Notes: generated by a model from the letters alone, not told the origin. DNA of 32,000 nucleotides from Opitutales bacterium (GCA_965219535.1 CBDCNV010000002.1:2070001-2102000); one strand, 5' to 3'; shown: positions 1-8,425, counted from the stretch's first letter. Made by a program: numbers and translations.

Positions 1-1496
1 GGGCAATTGTCCAGCAAGAAATCTCTGGCCAGCCGGTTCAAGAGATTACGGGAGTCATTGAATTTGAAACCCCGGTTGCTCAGGTACAGTTTTACGCGGC
101 CATTTTTTTTGAGGATGACGGCTTTATTGAAATCTTCGATACAGAAGGTAACTTGCTTACTGCGACCGATGATATCGGCATGAATGTAAGCATTGAATTA
201 ACGGAGCCATTTACTTATTTCGACTTCAATGCGGTGGAATTAGGTGCCCCAGGTGGCATCGGCAGTTTACACTATACGAACAGGACGATCACCTCTACGA
301 CGGGGGATGTTGATAGCATCGGAATTGACGACATCGGGTATACCCCCATTGGCGCGCCTGGAAGCGGTTCCGAGGGACCGCCTCCTGTCCAAGGCCCGAC
401 CATTACTACCCAACCGACGAGCCAGGAAGTCGCATCGGGTACGGCTATTGCCTTATCAGTTGTAGCCAGTGGCGATGATCTCACCTACCAGTGGTATACT
501 GGCAACAGCGGTGACACTGCCAACCCTGTGGCAGGAGCCACCACGAACAGTCTAACCACGGGCGCTCTCACCGTGAGCACAAACTACTGGGCGCAGATTA
601 GCAATGCCGGAGGTAGTGCCAACAGTGAGACCGCAGTCATCACCGTAGCGGTGCCGGCTGTTCCTCTTGTACTAGAAGGCACGGGTGATATTGCGGGTGA
701 AAATATTCAGCATCCCAACGGTAATGTATTCGACCAGATATTACTCACCGGAGAATCCATACGACTGCAGGCAAGACCTAATCAGATAACCCGCGTCTCC
801 TTCATGGATGTAAACGAGGACATTGTGCAGGTTGAGTTCTCAGGTGCAGGTACATTTACCGTCACCCTGGACCCTGCCACCTTCCTGGCCCCGGCGATTC
901 CTCCTCGCTACAACCAGGCTGTCGAGTACGTAACGGGTAAACCGAGTGTGGTCATCGATGGAGCGAACGCCAATACCTTCTTCAGTATCTTTACCGTCGG
1001 ATCCATTAACGCGGTGAACCAGGCGCTTTTCCCCGAGGGTCAAGTCTATGACGCACAAGCGGACGTGACCCTGGTGGAAGTTGTAAATTCCACGGGCATG
1101 GGCGGCATGCAGTTGTCTAACGCCGCGTTCAGCGGAAGCACCGGCAAGACCGGTGTCGACGCGCGCGGAGTACCGATCGCAGTACGCTTAACTGTAGGCG
1201 ACATTGATGCCGATGGCGACGCCGTGCCGCATCTCCTGTTCGGTGAGGGATCTTTTACGGTAGTAGCTGGCAACCCCGGATTGCGTATTACGGGTGGTGA
1301 CCTCTTACAGACGAACGGCGCCGCGGTTGTCGTCGCCGAAAGCGGATCGACAACCACCGGATTTGAGACCCTGATTACGCAGAACAATTTTAAATCGGAC
1401 AACACTCCACAGCCGACGCTGAGCATTGATGCCACCTTCGCCAATGAGGACGGTGATGCGATCGAGGTCGTTCTCGAAGAAATCACGATAGAATGA
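1..1496 (+). CDS. C-terminal part of a large secreted/surface protein with an Ig-like domain; the 5' end lies outside the window
   Basis: The reading frame starting at nt 3 is open from the window edge (AIVQQEISGQP...), so the TTG at 153 in the ORF track is not the true start. Stop is TGA 1494-1496. The segment PTITTQPTSQEVASGTAIALSVVASGDDLTYQWYTG...SETAVITV has a bacterial Ig-like beta-sandwich repeat pattern. Composition is G/T/A/V/P-rich. I recognised no C-terminal sorting signal. Confidence 0.6.
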   Translation, partial: AIVQQEISGQPVQEITGVIEFETPVAQVQFYAAIFFEDDGFIEIFDTEGNLLTATDDIGMNVSIELTEPFTYFDFNAVELGAPGGIGSLHYTNRTITSTTGDVDSIGIDDIGYTPIGAPGSGSEGPPPVQGPTITTQPTSQEVASGTAIALSVVASGDDLTYQWYTGNSGDTANPVAGATTNSLTTGALTVSTNYWAQISNAGGSANSETAVITVAVPAVPLVLEGTGDIAGENIQHPNGNVFDQILLTGESIRLQARPNQITRVSFMDVNEDIVQVEFSGAGTFTVTLDPATFLAPAIPPRYNQAVEYVTGKPSVVIDGANANTFFSIFTVGSINAVNQALFPEGQVYDAQADVTLVEVVNSTGMGGMQLSNAAFSGSTGKTGVDARGVPIAVRLTVGDIDADGDAVPHLLFGEGSFTVVAGNPGLRITGGDLLQTNGAAVVVAESGSTTTGFETLITQNNFKSDNTPQPTLSIDATFANEDGDAIEVVLEEITIE

Positions 1497-1499
1497 GCC

Positions 1500-1576
1500 G
1501 ATTGCGGATTGGAGATGTCGCCTACGCGATAGCGGAGCTCGGAAGTCGATTGTGGAATGCGGATTGTTCCTAGCGG
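1500..1576. repeat. Degenerate heptanucleotide-periodic array (GAnnnCG type, 11 units)
   Basis: Reading in 7-mers from 1500 gives gattgcg gattgga gatgtcg cctacgc gatagcg gagctcg gaagtcg attgtgg aatgcgg attgttc ctagcgg. It starts 4 nt after the stop of the upstream CDS. Confidence 0.6.
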
Positions 1577-1773
1577 TTATAAAATATAATATTCATTTAA
1601 TTTATATAATGCGGATGCAGAGGAGTGTATCCATCCAACGGTCTTAATTCTTTAGTATCGCACTTGGTTTTCTTTCTTGTGTATTTTGCGTGTCTTGCGT
1701 TGCCTAGATATAGTATCGCGGGAGCGAAGTGCTGACGGTCGACCGTTAATATGTAAACTAAAATTGAAATGCT

Positions 1774-2235
1774 ATGACAGAAGATAAAACATTTCCTGCA
1801 CGTGGGAGCATCGAAGAGATTGAGGAGGGTGCATTGCTGCAACCGAAATTCGATGAGAAAGGGCTCATTCCCTGTATCGCGCAAGATGCGGAGACCAACG
1901 AAATCCTAATGTTTGCCTACATGAATGACACCGCTTTACAGGCGTCCATCAGTACCGGGTTAGCACACTATTATTCTCGCTCACGCAATAAACTTTGGAA
2001 GAAAGGAGAGCAATCGGGTAACTTTCAACGAATTGTCAGTCTGCAAATTGATTGCGATCAGGATTGTGTTCTAATTAAGGTAAATGTCGATGGGGGCGCC
2101 TCGTGTCACATTGGCTATCGTTCCTGCTTTTTCCGAGAGCTGGGGACATTGTCTGATGATACTGATTTCAAATTAAATTTTGTCGAAAAAGAAAAAGTTT
2201 TTGATCCTGAAAAAGTCTATAAGAAGAATAATTAA
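1774..2235 (+). CDS. hisI: Phosphoribosyl-AMP cyclohydrolase (monofunctional HisI)
   Basis: The 153 aa ORF contains GLIPCIAQDAETNEILMFAYMNDTAL...YYSRSRNKLWKKGEQSGNFQ...DCDQDCVLIKV...CHIGYRSCFF, which is the HisI signature including the C-x-DCD...C metal-ligand pattern. No HisE domain is fused. Confidence 0.85.
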   Translation: MTEDKTFPARGSIEEIEEGALLQPKFDEKGLIPCIAQDAETNEILMFAYMNDTALQASISTGLAHYYSRSRNKLWKKGEQSGNFQRIVSLQIDCDQDCVLIKVNVDGGASCHIGYRSCFFRELGTLSDDTDFKLNFVEKEKVFDPEKVYKKNN

Positions 2236-2291
2236 ATTTCTGCTATGACACAATGTCGACACGAAGCATAAATGCAATTCACAGGAACTGA

Positions 2292-3791
2292 ATGGAAGCA
2301 TCGTCCTCATTCAGCACGCTTAATTATACTATATGTTTTGTCTACCTGACATTGATGTTCGGTATCGGACTGTGGCTGGCAGGTAAGCAGAAGACGACGG
2401 AAGACTACTTCCTCGCGGGTAGAAAAATGCCTTGGCTTATTGTCGCCATGAGCATGTTTGCCTCACTTACGAGCGCGGCATCATTTATTGGATTACCGGG
2501 ACTGGCGTATAGAGAAAACATCTCTCATATTGCTTTAGGTATAGTAAGTGTCCTCGCGGCTCCTTTTTTTATTTATCTTTTTTTCCCTTTTTATCGACGT
2601 CTTCACGTAACGACGACATACGAATATATCGGTGTTCGCTACGGGAACCCCGGCCGCTATGCGGTATCCGGATTGTTTGTCCTGCTGCGTTTATCCTGGT
2701 TAGGCGTTGTCATTTATTCTCCAGCTCTAGCTCTGTCGGTTGTGACCGGAGTTAATCTTTATCTCGCTATTCTTCTCATGGGCGTTCTCGCCACCACTTA
2801 TACCGTTCTCGGTGGCCTGTCCGCCGTTTTATGGACTGATGCTATTCAATTTATCCTCCTTGTGGGCGGCGCAATTTGGGTGTCGGTGAGTCTGCTTTAC
2901 GCCGTGCCAGATGGGTGGAGCGGGATCATGAGAATCGCTGGAGAGACAGACCATCTGAATGTTTTTACTTGGAAGATCAATCTATTTGAAATGAGTGCAA
3001 CGGCGATAGCGATCACTACATTTATCGGTTTATTTCAAGATTACGGAATAGACCAGGTGACTGTGCAAAGACTATTATCGACAAAGAAATTCAGCGGAAT
3101 GGTAAAGGCTGCCATTTTTAATTCATTCATTGATCTTACGGTTATGGGTATGTTGATGTTTATGGGGATAGGTTTGTTTGCTTATTACACTAGTTTCCCT
3201 GAGCAAGTATCCACCGGAATGACAGGTGATAGAGTGCTCCCTTATTATATAATAAAAAATCTTCCTAACGGCGTATCGGGGCTACTAATCACAGCTATAT
3301 TTGCCGCCGCGATGTCGAGTATGGATTCGGGAATTAATTCGGTTTCAACCGTCATCGTAAACGATTTTGTCAAACCCTTGCGCCGAATAGCGAAAACTGA
3401 ACATCAAGACGTAAAGTTAGCTCGTATTCTAACGATTATTCTGGGTGCGGTAGCGGTCGTCGTTGCCTGTTATATTACGACAATAGGAGAAATTATGCGA
3501 TCTGCCGGCACGCTCATGAGTCTTTTTTCCGGGCCAATACTTGGATTTTTTCTCCTTGGTATTTTTACACAAAGAGCAAGTTTTCGGGGATGGATTATTG
3601 GAGTAATAGTCGCTATACCGGCAACACTCTGGTTGCAACATGGCACTGAGGTTCATTTTATTTATTACCAGTTTTTTTGTTTATGTGTGAACATGATCGT
3701 CACCTATCCCGCGAGTCTTATATTGGGTGGTGAAAAGGCACAGAAAAAATACACGCTCAGAGGAAGAGCTGAGTTAAATTCGGTTGAATAA
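2292..3791 (+). CDS. Sodium:solute symporter family (SSF) transporter
   Basis: The 499 aa polytopic membrane protein has an N-terminal ...YFLAGRKMPWLIVAMSMFASLTSAASFIG... motif and ...TDAIQFILL..., both typical of SSF (PutP/SglT-like) permeases. The substrate cannot be told from the sequence. Confidence 0.75.
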   Translation: MEASSSFSTLNYTICFVYLTLMFGIGLWLAGKQKTTEDYFLAGRKMPWLIVAMSMFASLTSAASFIGLPGLAYRENISHIALGIVSVLAAPFFIYLFFPFYRRLHVTTTYEYIGVRYGNPGRYAVSGLFVLLRLSWLGVVIYSPALALSVVTGVNLYLAILLMGVLATTYTVLGGLSAVLWTDAIQFILLVGGAIWVSVSLLYAVPDGWSGIMRIAGETDHLNVFTWKINLFEMSATAIAITTFIGLFQDYGIDQVTVQRLLSTKKFSGMVKAAIFNSFIDLTVMGMLMFMGIGLFAYYTSFPEQVSTGMTGDRVLPYYIIKNLPNGVSGLLITAIFAAAMSSMDSGINSVSTVIVNDFVKPLRRIAKTEHQDVKLARILTIILGAVAVVVACYITTIGEIMRSAGTLMSLFSGPILGFFLLGIFTQRASFRGWIIGVIVAIPATLWLQHGTEVHFIYYQFFCLCVNMIVTYPASLILGGEKAQKKYTLRGRAELNSVE

Positions 3792-3935
3792 TGGGACGTT
3801 TTTTATAAGAAGATTGATATAGTCTTCGTCTCTGTTTGCATCATCTATCGATGCCCTATGTGTGATGGGGAGAATTTATAAGACTTGAAAATCCATTTCT
3901 TAGGTACATTCTTAAGATACCCATATTTTAATAAA

Positions 3936-5076
3936 ATGATACTGGATACCGAGATACGTTCCAAAATTGAAGAAATAAATCAGCGGGCGGGTTACCTATG
4001 GAGGTATCTTTGACGCCGATGTTAAGCTGGGTGAAATAGCGAATATTGAACTTGAGATGGGGCAACCTGCTTTTTGGGACAATCATGAAAATGCTCAAAA
4101 GAAGGCATCTCAAGTAAGCCAGATTAAGCAGTTAATTAATCCTGTTATTGAGTTTAGAAAAAAACTGGAAGATCTCACAGCGATGGAGGAGCTTGTATCT
4201 GAAGCATCAGATGAAGAAGCGCAGGAATTGTTAAGGGAAATTGAACCTATAACGGAAAAGCTTGCCGGTGATATAGATGAGCTGGAGATCAAATCATTTT
4301 TAAGTGGGCCTCACGATCATTCTAACGCTATTATAAGTATTCATGCGGGGGCAGGTGGAACTGAATCCTGTGATTGGGCGGAAATGCTGTTGCGCATGTA
4401 TACGCGCTGGTGTGAACGCCGAGGGTTTAATGTGACGATTCAGGATCTTCAAGCGGGTGAAGAGGCGGGAATCAGCCGGGTTTCCATGCATATTCAGGGT
4501 GAATTCGCTTACGGCTATGCAAAGGCTGAGCGCGGAGTGCATCGTTTGGTCCGCATTAGTCCCTTTGACTCGAATAGTCGCCGACATACATCCTTTTGCG
4601 CGGTCGATGTGATAGCGGAAATAGAGGATGATGTTGATATTGAATTTAAAGATGATGAATTACGTGTTGATACCTACCGTTCGAGTGGGAAGGGTGGTCA
4701 ACATGTCAATAAATCTGATACCGCGGTGCGCATCACTCATTTACCTACAGGTATATTTGTCGCCTGCCAAAATGAGCGGTCGCAGTACAAAAATAAGGCG
4801 ACTGCTTTAAAAGTTCTTAAATCACGTATTTTCGAAAAAATGGAGGATGAAAAACGTGCGGAACGCGATAAATTTTATGGAGAAAAAAACGAAATCGGCT
4901 GGGGTAATCAAATACGCAGTTATGTATTTCAACCTTATCAGATGGTAAAAGATTTACGCACCAGTGTAGACACATCCAATATACAGGCCGTGATGGATGG
5001 TGATATAGATCAATTTGTCAATGCCTGGCTGCGGGCTGGTTGTCCCACCTCTCGTATTAAAGAATCAGATAATTAA
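3936..5076 (+). CDS. prfB: Peptide chain release factor 2, expressed through a programmed +1 ribosomal frameshift at 4008-4014
   Basis: Frame 0 runs from ATG 3936 ([25 protein letters not shown]) to an in-frame TGA at 4011-4013. Skipping T4011 continues with [24 protein letters not shown]..., which joins ORF 4057..5076. The downstream part carries the RF2 SPF tripeptide (VRISPFDS) and the GGQ motif (SGKGGQHVN). Confidence 0.92.
4000..4014 (+). promoter_or_regulatory. prfB recoding signal: internal SD-like GGAGG, 3-nt spacer, CTT TGA C shift site
   Basis: The sequence ggagg tat ctt tga c (4000-4014) has the same architecture as the E. coli prfB autoregulatory frameshift site (AGGGGG TAT CTT TGA C). 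Confidence 0.9.
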
Positions 5077-5092
5077 ATAGATTAATATATCG

Positions 5093-6502
5093 ATGGAAGC
5101 GACAGTGCTAAGTTATAGTGAAATTCTTACTGCCTTAGAGCGACAACCTTTATTCGAGGATAAGACATGGAAGTTATCACCTGAACCTTTTCCGCTTACC
5201 TTAGATGAGGTCGCCCAGATAGAAGAAATCGGAGTAGCTTGTCTGGAGTTCTATCGTGTGCTTGAGATACTCTATTTAAGATCAGTCGAAGATAAGAATC
5301 TATTGCGCAATAAATCGCTTAAAGCACCGTGGGTAGCGGAATATCTCGATCGCGGTAAACCAGAAAAATTAATTAATCATGCGCGTTCCAAACGCTTGCG
5401 TGGAGAAACTCCCCTCGTTATTCGTCCAGACTTACTTTCGACGGACGATGGTTTCGCACTTACAGAAATCGATTCCGTTCCCGGGGGTATTGGTTTAACC
5501 GCCTTTCTCGCTCAGCTTTACTACCGGGGGGGAATTAAGCTTGTTGGCGATGCGGATGCAGAAAGTATGATCATCGCTTTCTATGAAGCATTAGCTTCGC
5601 GTGCAAAAAATAAAAATTTACCCCTTATTGCCATTCTTGTCAGCGACGAAGCCAACACTTATCGGCCGGAAATGCAATGGTTAGCTGAGATGCTCCAGCA
5701 AAGGGGAAAACGTGTATATTGCTTTCATCACAGCGAAATTATGCCTTTGGGTAATACGCTTTGTGCGTCTGTCGATGGCAATCCAGAAAAGATAGATGTC
5801 ATCTACCGTTTTTGGGAGCTGTTCGACCTCGCGAATGTACCCCTTGCGGAATACATCCTGGAAGCCTGGGAGGATTCACAACTCGTGGTCACGCCTCCGA
5901 TGAGACATTTTCAAGAGGAGAAATTGAGCCTTGCACTATTTCATCATCATTTGCTTGAGGAATTCTGGCGTGAAAATCTCTCTAAATCTTCATTCAAATT
6001 ATTGCGAAAAATCATACCTAATTCATGGATAATGGATCCGGTCGATCTCCCTCCCAATGCCGTGTTAGATGCGCCTTACATCGGTGGAAAACCTATGACC
6101 CACTGGGAGCAACTGGGGGACGCTTCGCAAAAAGAGCGCAACTTAATTATAAAGATGAGCGGGTTTCATGAAGAGGCCTGGGGAGCACGCAGCGTATTGC
6201 TCGGTAGTGACGTTTCAGCCACTGACTGGCAAAAGGGGATTTCTAATGCACTCAGTTCCGGCGACCGCAATCTTTATGTGCTGCAGGATTATCATAAACC
6301 CAAACGCTTGAAACACACTCTCTATAGGGGGCCGGATGAAATCGAAGAAATTGAAGGCCGACTTCGTCTGAGCCCTTATTATTTTGTTAAGGAAAATAAA
6401 ACTAAAATGGCAGGTATGCTTGCTACATTTTGTCCCGCAGATAAAAAAATAATTCATGGCATGCGTGATGGTGCGATGCTGCCCTGTCAAGTGGTCGGAT
6501 AG
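5093..6502 (+). CDS. Conserved hypothetical protein, possibly a circularly permuted ATP-grasp / eukaryotic-type glutathione-synthetase-like or glutathionylspermidine-synthase-like ligase
   Basis: The 469 aa ORF starts 16 nt after prfB. From memory, several blocks line up in order with eukaryotic-type glutathione synthetase / permuted ATP-grasp proteins: LVIRPDLLSTDDGFALTEIDSVPGGIGL, PLIAILVSDEANTYRPE...VDGNPEKIDVIYRF and IIKMSGFHEEAWGARSV. No alignment was run. Confidence 0.35.
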   Translation: MEATVLSYSEILTALERQPLFEDKTWKLSPEPFPLTLDEVAQIEEIGVACLEFYRVLEILYLRSVEDKNLLRNKSLKAPWVAEYLDRGKPEKLINHARSKRLRGETPLVIRPDLLSTDDGFALTEIDSVPGGIGLTAFLAQLYYRGGIKLVGDADAESMIIAFYEALASRAKNKNLPLIAILVSDEANTYRPEMQWLAEMLQQRGKRVYCFHHSEIMPLGNTLCASVDGNPEKIDVIYRFWELFDLANVPLAEYILEAWEDSQLVVTPPMRHFQEEKLSLALFHHHLLEEFWRENLSKSSFKLLRKIIPNSWIMDPVDLPPNAVLDAPYIGGKPMTHWEQLGDASQKERNLIIKMSGFHEEAWGARSVLLGSDVSATDWQKGISNALSSGDRNLYVLQDYHKPKRLKHTLYRGPDEIEEIEGRLRLSPYYFVKENKTKMAGMLATFCPADKKIIHGMRDGAMLPCQVVG

Positions 6503-6523
6503 ACTGGTAAGTTTAATATCCAA

Positions 6524-6593
6524 AAGCTTCGTCTGCGCTTGCCACGTCGTAGTCCCGCAGTTACGGGACGAAGACGGGTCTGCCTCTTGTAGG
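6524..6593 (+). repeat. Degenerate copy of the CTTCGTC-type intergenic element, containing a stem-loop at 6545-6576
   Basis: It starts with aagcttcgtc, as do the copies at 12351, 21024 and 21124. It contains ccacgtc, gacgaagacg and gtctgcctctt blocks shared with the 12351 copy. The internal hairpin is cgtcgtagtcccg-cagtta-cgggacgaagacg (11 of 13 positions paired). Confidence 0.55.
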
Positions 6594-6623
6594 TTACGAC
6601 TAGATGATAAGAGAGCTTAATAA

Positions 6624-6666
6624 GTCCTTCCGAGAATGGGTCCTTAAAACGCGTCGGAGGAAGGAC
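6624..6666. repeat. 8-bp perfect inverted repeat (gtccttcc ... ggaaggac) with a 27-nt spacer
   Basis: gtccttcc at 6624-6631 is the exact reverse complement of ggaaggac at 6659-6666. Confidence 0.6.
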
Positions 6667-6674
6667 TGGAAAAA

Positions 6675-6800
6675 GATATTCGATTTCCGATATCCGATAT
6701 GCGATATTCGATATAGTTTCAACATCTCGCACATCGGATATCAAACGTCGGATATCAGAATGAAAGATATACGAATGAAGGATTCACGGTTCAGGTTCTA
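6675..6800. repeat. Heptanucleotide array: six tandem GATATYC-like units followed by degenerate and inverted units
   Basis: The 7-mers are gatattc gatttcc gatatcc gatatgc gatattc gatatag (6675-6716), then tttcaac atctcgc acatcgg atatcaa acgtcgg atatcag aatgaaa gatatac gaatgaa ggattca cggttca ggttcta. gatatccgat (6689-6698) is the reverse complement of atcggatatc (6733-6742). Confidence 0.8.
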
Positions 6801-6814
6801 TATAGCGCAAGCCA

Positions 6815-6906
6815 TCTGCGTCTTCGTCTAAATCCTCTATCAATTAATAATCGCTTATAAATTATCCACTCGGGATGAAGACGCGGACGTGGATGAAGAC
6901 GAAGGG
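6815..6906 (-). repeat. Copy of the CTTCGTC-type palindromic intergenic element (minus orientation)
   Basis: The reverse complement reads cccttcgtcttcatccacgtccgcgtcttcatcc...aatttataagcgatt...gacgaagacgcagatg. This is colinear with the copy at 12351-12434 (cttcgtcttcgtccacgtctgcctcttcgtcc...ttttataac...cgcaa...gacgaagacgaag). The arms gcgtcttc (6818-6825) and gaagacgc (6877-6884) are complementary. Confidence 0.7.
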
Positions 6907-6925
6907 AAAACGTAAGTTTAAAAAC

Positions 6926-8128
6926 CTACTCAGTGCTCTGATCTTTCCGTGCAAGCTCATCTTGTTTACGCATAAGTGCCAACCAATCTTGCATTGTATA
7001 CTCATGTACTTTTTTCGCAGAGGATATACTTAATGGAATTCCGGTTATCGCAGATTCAGGAGAAAATGTAGCTTTCTCGATGCCTTTTTCCGTCAATCTG
7101 ATCGTATCTTTATACCCATCATTAAAAGTAATCTGTAAGCCGTCTTTAATGAGTGTCCAGCGACCATTAACTTTGAGGAGACCCTCATCGAAATTGTATT
7201 TAATACGTGTGCATTTACCCCAAGTCTCTATGTGTATAAAATAGCGGTAAGCGTTTTCATCCCCAACTTCCCAATGGCCTAAAAAACTTTCACCACTTGC
7301 CAATTTAGGTTTCCCAAATGTAAAAAAATCTTGAGCCTTCTCCGCAGTAATTCTTGTCGCGAGGGTTATATTTATCGGATTTGATCCAAAGATACCTCCC
7401 TTTTCGATTCCCTCGTAGGTGTAACTTTCCGCTGATTGAAAGATTTTACCTCCGGTATTATCTTCCCATGTGATATTTGCACCATCACTATTTTCGTTCC
7501 ATATTCCCTTTTTCTTTTCTACTTCACGCCGAGATGGATTAGCATATTCTACGTTACCCCCTCTTTTAAGAAAGAGGTAAAAGTTGTCATTTTTATTTAT
7601 AACTATTTCCCAGAAACCGATGTACTGACTTCGAGAAGGGAGTGACGCATCTACATGGAGCTGATTACTATCAGTGAGATCACTGTCACCCTGTGGAGTT
7701 TCCACCACGAGGCTGCCGACAATATTGCGACTGACTCGCTTTGCTCTCAGCGTACTTTCAGGATTAATATCAAGGGGAGCACCCGGTAAATAGGCTTCTT
7801 TAAAAAAATCTTCACCTGTTCTCAGTAAGACATCACGAAATCCTGTCGGCCAGGTTATAACTATTCTTTTGCCGTCAGTGACCCAATCACCTTTTTCAAT
7901 TTTATTGCTGGCTTCGCCAGACCAGAATGAAGAGGCACGCCCGGCTTTTTTAACGATTAAATAAAAAGTGTCACCCGTATTATCTTTAAAAGCCCAAAAT
8001 CCTATTAAATCATTAGGGTCGAAAGAAGATGTGTCTTTATTGATCTGAGCTGACGTATAATTCGAAATAATCGAAAGGATGATGGCGCTGATCATCCACA
8101 ATCGAGTATATCTATTGATAAATTTCAT
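6926..8128 (-). CDS. Secreted hypothetical protein made of three tandem ~100-aa repeats (lipocalin-like G-x-W ... ITW pattern)
   Basis: The start is moved to the ATG at 8128 (MKFINRYTRLWMISAIILSIISNYTSAQ, a typical signal peptide). The longer ORF to 8221 adds an implausible N-terminus. The three repeats are LIGFWAFKDNTGDTFYLIVKK...GDWVTDGKRIVITW, YIGFWEIVINKNDNFYLFLKR...GIWNENSDGANITW and FLGHWEVGDENAYRYFIHIET...GRWTLIKDGLQITF. Confidence 0.7.
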   Translation of the reverse strand: MKFINRYTRLWMISAIILSIISNYTSAQINKDTSSFDPNDLIGFWAFKDNTGDTFYLIVKKAGRASSFWSGEASNKIEKGDWVTDGKRIVITWPTGFRDVLLRTGEDFFKEAYLPGAPLDINPESTLRAKRVSRNIVGSLVVETPQGDSDLTDSNQLHVDASLPSRSQYIGFWEIVINKNDNFYLFLKRGGNVEYANPSRREVEKKKGIWNENSDGANITWEDNTGGKIFQSAESYTYEGIEKGGIFGSNPINITLATRITAEKAQDFFTFGKPKLASGESFLGHWEVGDENAYRYFIHIETWGKCTRIKYNFDEGLLKVNGRWTLIKDGLQITFNDGYKDTIRLTEKGIEKATFSPESAITGIPLSISSAKKVHEYTMQDWLALMRKQDELARKDQSTE

Positions 8129-8389
8129 GAACACCAGGTGGAGCAAATTAATATAACATATTAAAAAAATGAGTAGAAAATAAGTAGTCTTTAATTCAAT
8201 CCAGCGACTCCGAGTGAGCAAAACAAAAAAAGTATGATCTTATAATCAAGAACAAAAATCATTTGTCCATGTGGAAATGACAGGGGTATTCTAATCTATG
8301 TTCCAGGATAGAGAAAAAGCTCGATCTATTATGCAGTATACCACAGTATTCGACTTTATCTTAAAAATCCGTAATACTCTATTCAGTAA

Positions 8390-8418
8390 GATATTCAGTG
8401 ACGAAAAGGTTGAATATC
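8390..8418 (-). terminator. Possible hairpin downstream of surE (8-bp stem, 13-nt loop, no clear U-tract)
   Basis: gatattca (8390-8397) is the reverse complement of tgaatatc (8411-8418). The hairpin lies 7 nt beyond the surE stop codon on the minus strand. Confidence 0.25.
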
Positions 8419-8425
8419 GAGACTA

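Noticed and set aside
153-1496. TTG 153 as the start of the first CDS, and the antisense ORFs 1046..1486, 840..1058 and 272..484
   Set aside because: The sense frame is open back to the window edge, so the gene is 5'-truncated by the window. Long antisense ORFs are expected by chance in GC-rich coding sequence.
3792-3935. tRNA, riboswitch or other ncRNA in the larger spacers (3792-3935, 8129-8425, 9197-9417, 22392-22513)
   Set aside because: I saw no cloverleaf-compatible arms, no T-loop GTTCRANYC box and no riboswitch core motif that I recognise. These look like plain AT-rich promoter/UTR DNA.
6487-6831. ORFs 6604..6831 (+) and 6487..6744 (-) in the ORF track
   Set aside because: Both are translations of heptamer and inverted repeats (for example IFDFRYPICDIRYSF and DIRMKDIRMKD). 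A 7-nt periodicity is incompatible with selection for coding, and there is no RBS or family resemblance.
8129-8221. N-terminal extension of the 431-aa ORF (start at 8221)
   Set aside because: The internal ATG at 8128 yields a canonical signal peptide. The extension (MLTRSRWIELKTTYFLLIFLICYINLLHLVF) has no counterpart and would bury the signal.
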